A stretch of 24,000 nt of DNA from NCBI GenBank assembly GCA_016432525.1, contig CP066693.1, positions 689,773 through 713,772 on the forward strand, given 5' to 3'. A model generated the notes under the pieces. The model searched no databases. It was not told the origin of the DNA and worked only from the letters and a program-made list of their open reading frames with translations. The position numbers were made by a program, and so were the translations under genes. How positions within the stretch are numbered: position 1 is the first letter of the stretch; every line of letters begins with the position of its first letter. Shown here in pieces: positions 1-6,725 of the stretch. This DNA is from Candidatus Woesebacteria bacterium (lineage in GTDB: Bacteria; Patescibacteriota; Microgenomatia; UBA8517).

Positions 1-54
1 TGCTCTTGTAGAAATTATGAAGTCAATCTTTCTTAAAAAGTTTAGTCTCTAAGT

Positions 55-351
55 CTACTCATCAATATCATTATGCTCATCCTCAACATGGAATCCGCTT
101 GGTAGATCATCTTCTTCCTCCTCGTTTTCAACTTCTTCCTCTTCTTCATCATGAGCAAGAGCCTTTTCATCTTCATCGATTTTGCGAGCTAAATCAGCAG
201 ACTCGTTCAATCTTGGTTCTTCGCCAGTTACCTTCTTTCTAGTCTCATCTATATCTGAGTAAGATTCATCTTCACCGACAATCTCCTCACCATATATTTC
301 ATCTTGTTTTTCTAATTCTTTTTGAATTTCATCCGCCTTTGGTCTTGCCAT
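55..351 (-). CDS. Small highly acidic hypothetical protein (98 aa)
   Basis: Complete ORF with Glu/Asp-rich C-terminus (DEEEEEVENEEEEDD); no recognised family. Confidence 0.6.
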   Translation of the reverse strand: MARPKADEIQKELEKQDEIYGEEIVGEDESYSDIDETRKKVTGEEPRLNESADLARKIDEDEKALAHDEEEEEVENEEEEDDLPSGFHVEDEHNDIDE

Positions 352-400
352 AGATTAAATTTTACGAAAGATTAAGGATATTGCAAGAAGTAAAATCTGA

Positions 401-470
401 GCGGGTAGCGGGAATCGAACCCGCACAAACAGATTGGAAATCTGTTGTTCTACCATTAAACCATACCCGC
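401..470 (-). tRNA. tRNA-Gly(TCC)
   Basis: Reverse strand GCGGGTATGG...AGATTTCCAATCT...CGGGTTCGATTCCCGCTACCCGC; cloverleaf arms and anticodon TCC. Confidence 0.93.
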
Positions 471-476
471 TTGTGT

Positions 477-549
477 CGGGGTAGGAGGACTCGAACCTCC
501 GGCCTCCGCTTCCCAAAAGCGGCGCTCTAGCCAACTGAGCCATACCCCG
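477..549 (-). tRNA. tRNA-Pro(TGG)
   Basis: Reverse strand CGGGGTATGGCTCAGTTGG...CCGCTTTTGGGAAGCGG...GGTTCGAGTCCTCCTACCCCG; anticodon TGG. Confidence 0.93.
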
Positions 550-554
550 TTTGT

Positions 555-637
555 GCCGAAGGCGGGACTCGAACCCACATCTCGCTAAGCGGGACACGCT
601 CTTAAGGCGTGCGTGTATACCATTCCACCACTTCGGC
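555..637 (-). tRNA. tRNA-Leu(TAA)
   Basis: Reverse strand GCCGAAGTGG...CACGCCTTAAGAGCGTG with long variable arm and GGGTTCGAGTCCCGCCTTCGGC; anticodon TAA. Confidence 0.93.
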
Positions 638-737
638 TATTGAACATCATATTATACCCCACTTTGCCTCATATTTTCTAACTCTGGTATAATACAGCTC
701 AAAGTCTAAACTGAGCTCTTTAAAAAAGGAGTTTGAA

Positions 738-1514
738 GTGGCAAACATTCATGTTGCGCTACTAAGTATTTTGGATCAAAAATCCTTATTCACAAAACCT
801 TTTTCGTATTTCGTTAAATTAGCTGTAGGAATGGGTTACAACGGTTTTGAGGTCCAACCGCCCAGATCAATCTTTCCAATTGGTTTTCAACTGAGATTTT
901 CATTACCAAATCCAGAAAAATATTTCATCAAATCACTACATCAAAGTTTCAGAAGTGAACGCTGGCCTTGGCAATGGATCACTCACCAAAGAAAAAAGGA
1001 TGCTTTAAAGGCATATATTCTTTTCAACTACCGCCCGGACTCACCAAAAGATCTTCGGCGAATAATGAAAAATCTAGGCCACGAAATTCCGGTTGTTCTT
1101 TATCCGAGTCATCCAGGAGAAAAACCAGTCACAAGATTTGATTTTCAAGAAATGCTCATTCAACCTTCACTGGGTTGGATGCAAACACATTGGATATCAA
1201 ATCCTAAAGATTACATTGAGGCTATAAGACGACATGGATTCCATGGATTGGCAATAGACACAGCCCATGTCCAATCTTGTCAGAAATACATGCATGTACC
1301 AACCGAATTTCTTATAAAGAGTTGGTTTTCCTACATTTACGAAGTGCATATTTCACTCTCAAGAGAAGTGGGTGACGATCAAGAAACTCATCGTATTCTG
1401 GAAATACTTAAGGATTATGGCTATTATGGTCTGTATGTTGTTGAAACAGCGCCAAATCCAAATCCAAATTTTCACAAAAAAATCGTAGACGATCTTCAAA
1501 GGATCTTAAGTTAG
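738..1514 (+). CDS. Sugar-phosphate isomerase/epimerase-like TIM-barrel protein (258 aa)
   Basis: ORF preceded by AAAAGGAG; pattern VGMGYNGFEVQPP...HGLAIDTAHVQ...YEVHISLSRE...GYYGLYVVETAPN resembles the xylose-isomerase-like fold. Family call is tentative. Confidence 0.5.
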   Translation: MANIHVALLSILDQKSLFTKPFSYFVKLAVGMGYNGFEVQPPRSIFPIGFQLRFSLPNPEKYFIKSLHQSFRSERWPWQWITHQRKKDALKAYILFNYRPDSPKDLRRIMKNLGHEIPVVLYPSHPGEKPVTRFDFQEMLIQPSLGWMQTHWISNPKDYIEAIRRHGFHGLAIDTAHVQSCQKYMHVPTEFLIKSWFSYIYEVHISLSREVGDDQETHRILEILKDYGYYGLYVVETAPNPNPNFHKKIVDDLQRILS

Positions 1515-3182
1515 CATAGCTTTAAGATATGCTACAAACACAGGATGGGGAGTTAGTGGACGGCTAATGTATTCAGGATGAAACTGAGTACCTACGAAAA
1601 AAGGATGATCCTTTAATTCGATTGCCTCCACTAGCTTTCCATCTGGACTTGTTCCAGAAATCACAAACCCCGCCTTCTCAAACTCCTTTTTATATTTATT
1701 GTTAAATTCGTATCTATGTCTATGTCTTTCACAAATCATATTCTTAACCTTCTTCCCATTTCTATCCTGATACCAGGGAGCATTCTCTAAATTTCCATAT
1801 TCTTTATAAGCATTAGAAAGAACCGTGCCAGTTTTTAAAACACATGGCCAAGCCCCCAATCGTATTGTTCCTCCATATTGCTTTTTAGATAAGTATTCTT
1901 TTTGTTTAGGCATTATATGAATTACAGGAAAGGGAGTTACAGGATCCGCCTCGGTTGTGTTTGCTTTTTTCATCTTCAAAACGCTACGGCTAAATTCAAT
2001 TGTTGCCATTTGCATCCCAAAACACAGCCCTAAATATGGAATTTTATTCTCTCGTGCATATTTTACAGCCTCAATTTTACCCTCAGTCCCTCTAGATCCC
2101 CATCCTTGAGGAACAACAATTCCATCAAATCTCTTAAGTAAACCAATTCCTTTCTTTTCAATTTCTTCGCTATCTATCCATGAAAGGTCAGGACAAACTC
2201 CCCAAAACCAACAAGCATGCCTAATTGCTTCAACTACAGAAACATATGAGTCAACTAAAGAATAATCCCCAGTTACAAAATATTTTCCAACCATTGCAAT
2301 CTTTATTTTTTTACCCCATTTACGAGTAGCTCTTTTAGTCATTGTTTGCCAATCCTTCAAATCTTTGTGCTTTCTGGATCTTAAACTCAACAAATTAAGA
2401 CAAGCTGTTGCTAAATGATGGTTCTGCTTATGAAATAGTAAGGGAACACCATAAATCGTATTCAAATCAGGAGCACTAAACACGCGCTCGGGAAGCATGT
2501 TACAAAATAGTGCTAATTTATCCGCTCTTTTCTTGTCGATAGGGACCTCACTTCGAGCAATCAAAATATCGGGCTGAATCCCAAGTCCATTTAAAATATG
2601 AACACTTGTTTGAGCAGGTTTAGATTTCAATTCTCCCACATTGGCTAAATAGGGAAGGTAGGTTACATGAACATGAATTACGTCTTTTGGATTTTTAAGC
2701 CTAAGTATTCTTGATGCTTCAAAAAAGATTCCATTTTTATATTCCCCAACAGTCCCACCGTATTCAATAATAACAACCTCTGCTTTGTTAACATCTCCAG
2801 CAAGCTTTATTCGCCTTATAATCTCATCAGTTACATGAGGAATAACATCCACTGTATCCCCGCTATATTCAAAAGCTCGCTCTCGCTTTATTACTTCACT
2901 ATAAACTTGTCCCGCTGTAATGTAATTCTCTTTTTTTAAATTTCCATGAACAAAACGCTCATAGTGCCCCAAGTCCTCGTCTGTTTCCATTCCATCATGG
3001 GTCACAAATACTTCACCATGCTCTTGTGGACGAAGTGTTCCTGCGTCAACATTAAAATACATATCTGCTTTAACTGGAGTAACTCGAAAACCACGCGATT
3101 TGAGAAGAAAAGATAAGGATGCTGTAACAATCCCTTTGCCAAGCCCACTAACTACTCCCCCTGAAACAAAAATATATTTCAC
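1506..3182 (-). CDS. pyrG: CTP synthase
   Basis: N-terminus MKYIFVSGGVVSGLGKGIVTASLSFLLKSRG...HGEVFVTHDGMETDEDLGHYERF and C-terminal glutamine amidotransferase (YLGLCFGMQMA...GTQFHPE). Confidence 0.97.
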   Translation of the reverse strand: MKYIFVSGGVVSGLGKGIVTASLSFLLKSRGFRVTPVKADMYFNVDAGTLRPQEHGEVFVTHDGMETDEDLGHYERFVHGNLKKENYITAGQVYSEVIKRERAFEYSGDTVDVIPHVTDEIIRRIKLAGDVNKAEVVIIEYGGTVGEYKNGIFFEASRILRLKNPKDVIHVHVTYLPYLANVGELKSKPAQTSVHILNGLGIQPDILIARSEVPIDKKRADKLALFCNMLPERVFSAPDLNTIYGVPLLFHKQNHHLATACLNLLSLRSRKHKDLKDWQTMTKRATRKWGKKIKIAMVGKYFVTGDYSLVDSYVSVVEAIRHACWFWGVCPDLSWIDSEEIEKKGIGLLKRFDGIVVPQGWGSRGTEGKIEAVKYARENKIPYLGLCFGMQMATIEFSRSVLKMKKANTTEADPVTPFPVIHIMPKQKEYLSKKQYGGTIRLGAWPCVLKTGTVLSNAYKEYGNLENAPWYQDRNGKKVKNMICERHRHRYEFNNKYKKEFEKAGFVISGTSPDGKLVEAIELKDHPFFVGTQFHPEYISRPLTPHPVFVAYLKAMLT

Positions 3183-3276
3183 TTTATCCAGCTTTTAAAA
3201 TAACCAAATTAACACACAATTGTCAATAGTGGTATAATCACTCAAATTTTAGACACAAGGCCAGAAGGAGATTAAA

Positions 3277-3492
3277 ATGTCTCAAATCAAAGAAGGCTCA
3301 AGAGTTCAAGTTGACAACCTAAAAGCAAATACAGACAGTTTTTTGGTAACAAAAAGTGATCTGGCAAACCGTCAAGTCGGAATTACAGGGAAAGTAGTTT
3401 CAAGAGTTCCTGGAAATAAAAACGTTTGGTGGTTGAAAATCGGATACAAATTCGCACCTTTCCATAGTAGCGAGCTAGTCAATCTTGAATAA
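3277..3492 (+). CDS. Small hypothetical protein (71 aa)
   Basis: ORF with AGGAG Shine-Dalgarno upstream and promoter-like TTAACA-18-TATAAT. Confidence 0.6.
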   Translation: MSQIKEGSRVQVDNLKANTDSFLVTKSDLANRQVGITGKVVSRVPGNKNVWWLKIGYKFAPFHSSELVNLE

Positions 3493-3503
3493 AAAGGCCT
3501 AGT

Positions 3504-3574
3504 GCACCCAGAAGGAATCGAACCCTCATTCCTTGTTCCGAAGACAAGTGCTCTATCCGTTGAGCTATGGGTGC
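3504..3574 (-). tRNA. tRNA-Arg(TCG)
   Basis: Reverse strand GCACCCATAGCTCAACGGATAGAGC...CTTGTCTTCGGAACAAG...GGTTCGATTCCTTCTGGGTGC. Confidence 0.92.
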
Positions 3575-3976
3575 TAATTTCTCTAAATTATATCATTGCC
3601 GTTTCGGTAAAAAATTACTCACCGAAACGGCAAAAAATTAACGTGCTACTAAAAACTTAACCCACCTCCTTTCAAAGCGTAAAAGACCACTACTGTCTCT
3701 ATCTGCCCCAAATTCCCATTGTTTTTCCTTTAATGATAGAGAATCAATAAAATCTTCAAGTCTTTTATGTCTTCCAAGATAGGTTGTTGTTGTAAATCTT
3801 CTTTGTGATACCTTACAAAATATCCTTCCCAAGGATACTCATCCTTTGGTAAAACCCAAAAAGCAACTAGATTAAAAAACCAAGCGAAAGGATTAAACAT
3901 TTGACCCCCAAGGCTAAATAGGTGCGAAATATAGGTCAATTTTACTCTAAATCATTTAACATGTAAAATTATAGGT

Positions 3977-5053
3977 ATGGGCGACATTCAGGAACAAATA
4001 AAAGATATTGAGGATGTACTTGCAAAAACCCCTCATCATAAAGCCACAGACCATTTCATAGGTCGTATGAGAGCTCGTATTGCAAGGCTCAAGGATCAAC
4101 AAATTGAAACCACTCTTAAAAAAGGTGGCGGTGGGGGAGGAGGCTATGCCGTTAAAAAACACGGTGATGCAACAATCGTTCTAGTCGGCCCACCATCTGT
4201 TGGCAAATCAACTTTAATTAACAATCTCACCAATGCTCAATCTAAAGTTGCTGAATACTCATTTACAACAGTTTCAGTCATTCCAGGAATGCTTGAATAT
4301 AAAGGGGCTCGTTTCCAAATTTTAGATGTTCCAGGCCTTATTGAAGGGGCAAAAGAAGGCAAAGGTAAAGGTCGCGAAGTTTTATCAATTGTCCGAAATG
4401 CAGACCTAATAATTCTAATGACTGATATTTACAAAGTTGATATTATAAAAATTCTTGAGAGGGAACTCTACGAGGCAGGTCTAAGGATAAATAAAGAAAA
4501 ACCAGATGTAAAAGTCGATAAAAAAATTGATGGAGGTCTGCACGTTTTCTCAAACATAAAACAGGAGTTTGATAAAGAAACAATAAAAGAAGTAGCTCGC
4601 GAGATTGGCATTAAAAATGCAGATATTACAATAAAAGAAAAACTAAGTTTAGAAAGATTGATAGACGCATTTAATAAAAATAGAATTTATATTCCAGCTT
4701 TATATGTTATAAATAAAGCTGACCTTGCTCGCCGAAGTCTTAAAGGCAGGACAAACTATTTATACATTAGTGCCAATAAAAATACTGGGATAGAAATTCT
4801 TAAAGAAAAAATTTGGGAAGCTCTAAATTTTGCAACAGTCTATTTAGTCGAGCCAAACGAGGAGCCATCTTTCAATCATCCGATTATTACCAAAAAGGGA
4901 GTCACATTAAAGCAGTTGGCAGAAAAAATAGGAACTAATTTTGCAGAAGGCAAAAAGAAAGCAAAGATTTGGGGAACTGGCGCTAAATTTGCTTCACAAG
5001 AAGTAAGCCTAAAAACTCAAATTCAGGATGGAATGCAAGTAAGATTTGTTTAA
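3977..5053 (+). CDS. DRG/Rbg-family (OBG-like) GTPase with C-terminal TGS domain
   Basis: GPPSVGKSTLINNLTNAQSKVAEYSFTT...LDVPGLIEGAKEGKGKGREVL, preceded by a GGGGGGGYAVKKHGDAT linker and N-terminal helix typical of DRG proteins; TGS-like C-terminus. Confidence 0.9.
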   Translation: MGDIQEQIKDIEDVLAKTPHHKATDHFIGRMRARIARLKDQQIETTLKKGGGGGGGYAVKKHGDATIVLVGPPSVGKSTLINNLTNAQSKVAEYSFTTVSVIPGMLEYKGARFQILDVPGLIEGAKEGKGKGREVLSIVRNADLIILMTDIYKVDIIKILERELYEAGLRINKEKPDVKVDKKIDGGLHVFSNIKQEFDKETIKEVAREIGIKNADITIKEKLSLERLIDAFNKNRIYIPALYVINKADLARRSLKGRTNYLYISANKNTGIEILKEKIWEALNFATVYLVEPNEEPSFNHPIITKKGVTLKQLAEKIGTNFAEGKKKAKIWGTGAKFASQEVSLKTQIQDGMQVRFV

Positions 5054-5388
5054 CTATTTCCGTAACCTTTGCCCCAAGCTTCTGTCCTTGGCCCTTTTCC
5101 AATTCCAGCATTCGGATTCTGTACAGTATCTGGGGTGATGCTACTAAGTCCTGGATCTTGAGCCACTCTTTGGCTTACTTTAGGCTTGGCTTCACTTCTC
5201 ACTCCAGCAGATTGACTTACTGGCTGGCCTCCTCTTCCCTCCTTTGCAACTTTTTTCAAAACCTCGCTTTGTCCCCATAAACTTCCTTCTTCACTCTCTG
5301 AACTCTCCTCTTTCATTGGAGCATTCATATCATTATTAAGCTTTTGAAGTTTTGGACTTACTGGATCTGCCATATAACCATTATGCAA
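5050..5388 (-). CDS. Hypothetical protein, low complexity (112 aa)
   Basis: Open frame convergent with the DRG GTPase gene; polar and disordered; no family recognised. Confidence 0.35.
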   Translation of the reverse strand: MHNGYMADPVSPKLQKLNNDMNAPMKEESSESEEGSLWGQSEVLKKVAKEGRGGQPVSQSAGVRSEAKPKVSQRVAQDPGLSSITPDTVQNPNAGIGKGPRTEAWGKGYGNS

Positions 5389-5421
5389 TTATTGATCTAA
5401 TCTGTCAATCTGAGCGGCGGA

Positions 5422-5437
5422 TCCCGCCTTGGCGGGA
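5422..5437. repeat. REP-like GC hairpin TCCCGCC-TT-GGCGGGA
   Basis: Perfect 7-bp inverted repeat directly downstream of the GIY-YIG remnant. Confidence 0.5.
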
Positions 5438-5442
5438 CGACT

Positions 5443-5683
5443 TCATTCTTGAATCAGCTTCTTAAACTCATTTCCCTTTTGTAAGATTTTATTTCTAATT
5501 CTCTGTCAACCGCCTGGTTTCTAAAATCAAATTTTCACTATAAACAATTTCGTAAGGACCTTTATTCCTAGTATATTTACTTCCTCCTTTATTGTGTCTC
5601 AATAATCTTTTTTCTAAATTGCAAGTTGAACCAATATAATGTTTTCCAGTAGTAAGACTTCGAAGAATATATACGTAATACAC
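5443..5683 (-). pseudogene. GIY-YIG nuclease superfamily gene with two apparent frameshifts
   Basis: VYYVYILRSLTTGKHYIGSTCNLEKRLLRHNKGGSKYTRNKGPYEIVYSENLILETR continues in other frames as AVDRELEIKSYK and then GNEFKKLIQE*. The ORF-track start at 5737 lies inside tRNA-Gly(GCC); a GTG at 5683 is more likely. Confidence 0.75.
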
Positions 5684-5688
5684 CTTGA

Positions 5689-5759
5689 GCGGCGGACCGG
5701 GTTTGAACCGGCGACCTCTTCCTTGGCAAGGAAGCATTCTACCACTGAACTACCGCCGC
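5689..5759 (-). tRNA. tRNA-Gly(GCC)
   Basis: Reverse strand GCGGCGGTAGTTCAGTGGTAGAATGCTTCCTTGCCAAGGAAGAGGTCGCCGGTTCAAACCCGGTCCGCCGC. Confidence 0.93.
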
Positions 5760-5765
5760 TTAAGT

Positions 5766-5837
5766 GCTGAGACTGTGAGTCGAACACAGATCTGACGCTC
5801 TTCAGGCGCCCGCCGTGACCACCTTGGCTATCTCAGC
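5766..5837 (-). tRNA. tRNA-Phe(GAA)
   Basis: Reverse strand GCTGAGATAGCC...GGCGCCTGAAGAGCGTC...TGTGTTCGACTCACAGTCTCAGC; 7-nt loop CTGAAGA gives anticodon GAA. Confidence 0.8.
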
Positions 5838-5845
5838 ATGAGTCT

Positions 5846-5931
5846 TTAAAACCGAGACAAACTTGTTTATCTCGGCAAAATTCTGACTTTGGCAAGACGA
5901 GCTATGCTCATCTTGGCTCAATGCAATTATA
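5846..5931 (-). ncRNA. Putative two-hairpin spacer transcript between tRNA-Val and tRNA-Phe
   Basis: Minus strand: extended -10 TTTGGTATAAT (5926-5931), hairpin AAGATGAGC-ATA-GCTCGTCTT, then hairpin CCGAGA...TCTCGG (5852-5875) followed by TTTT. May instead be a leader for the tRNA-Phe/Gly genes. Confidence 0.3.
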
Positions 5932-5941
5932 CCAAACTTGT

Positions 5942-6012
5942 GGACGCTGAGGGATTCGAACCCCCGACTTTTTCGATGTAAACGAAACACTCTACCGCTG
6001 AGTTAAGCGTCC
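5942..6012 (-). tRNA. tRNA-Val(TAC)
   Basis: Reverse strand GGACGCTTAACTCAGCGGTAGAGTGTTTCGTTTACATCGAAAAAGTCGGGGGTTCGAATCCCTCAGCGTCC. Confidence 0.93.
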
Positions 6013-6050
6013 AAAGCGACGCTTGGCTCCCTTCGGGTAGTAAGCGTCCT

Positions 6051-6148
6051 CTGTGCTCTACATATTATACCATTCGAACTTACTTTCAGTCTCAATGCGG
6101 AGTGGCGGCTTGAACGCCACCAAGCCGCCACGTTATTTCTACCACTCG
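6051..6148 (+). repeat. 98-bp perfect inverted repeat A, left copy (left element end)
   Basis: Identical to the reverse complement of 11751-11848; contains the hairpin GTGGCGGCTTG-8nt-CAAGCCGCCAC (6102-6131). Confidence 0.97.
6064..6069 (-). promoter_or_regulatory. Extended -10 (TGGTATAAT) in the element's left end, facing out toward tRNA-Val
   Basis: Minus strand GAATGGTATAATATG about 50 bp upstream of tRNA-Val; no well-spaced -35. Confidence 0.5.
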
Positions 6149-6164
6149 GCGCTCATCGCCTCGT

Positions 6165-6465
6165 GGGTAAGATTCTCTTTTGCGCGCGTACAGTCGCTTT
6201 GCGACTGATTTATAAATTTACCCCTTACAAGGAAAGTGCGGGGTTGCCTAAAGCAACTGCCTTGCAGAACAAGCGGCAAAGAAATGCCTCAAAGTTTTGC
6301 TTCGCAAAAGTACCAAGCTAACGCAAGGCACAGAAGTTCCCCGCCAGTTTGGCGGGGAAGAGGCTAAGTTCCTGCTTCCAGCAGGAAGCCGCTTTCATCC
6401 GCCTTCGGCGGTTGCGCTCCTGCGAGGAAATTGACTACGCAATTTAGTGCGGCTCGCGCCGCACT
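6165..6465. other. Dense hairpin array (possible structured RNA leader or replication/transfer origin)
   Basis: Hairpins at 6191-6207 (7 bp), 6295-6309 (6 bp), 6337-6359 (9 bp), 6369-6387 (8 bp), 6399-6411 (5 bp), 6428-6445 (6 bp) and 6446-6465 (8 bp), plus enclosing pairings 6165-6170/6218-6223 and 6258-6265/6323-6330. Confidence 0.6.
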
Positions 6466-6578
6466 CAAACAGAACCACACCGTAAAACTAAACCCGTGCA
6501 GATGCCGTGCTTTTGCCTCAAGTTAATGATATAAATATATATGAACCTAATTGTTCGGTAACTCTTATTTAATTAACC

Positions 6579-6722
6579 ATGCACGATATCCCTGAAAAAC
6601 AAGCAAAGAAAGATTTAGAATTGATGCTCCAAAATTTAAAAATTACTGAAGAGAAGATGCAAAGGTCGCTGCCTACAAACAAAGAGCAAAAGAAACGACC
6701 GATTATCCCAAAAACAAACTAA
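6579..6722 (+). CDS. Small ORF (47 aa, MHDIPEKQAKKDLELMLQNLKITEEKMQRSLPTNKEQKKRPIIPKTN) upstream of the Fic gene
   Basis: Not in the supplied track; ATG...TAA ends 3 nt before the Fic start. No clear Shine-Dalgarno. Confidence 0.4.
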   Translation: MHDIPEKQAKKDLELMLQNLKITEEKMQRSLPTNKEQKKRPIIPKTN

Positions 6723-6725
6723 ACC

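Noticed and set aside
3638-3939. Two overlapping minus-strand ORFs (64 and 69 aa)
   Set aside because: Possible real small protein, but they overlap in different frames and neither has convincing features; not called.
6225-6345. Weak resemblance of AAGGAAAGTGCGGGG...GGCACAGAAG to RNase P RNA conserved segments
   Set aside because: The flanking conserved regions and overall architecture of rnpB are not found; match judged coincidental, though an Rfam scan would settle it.
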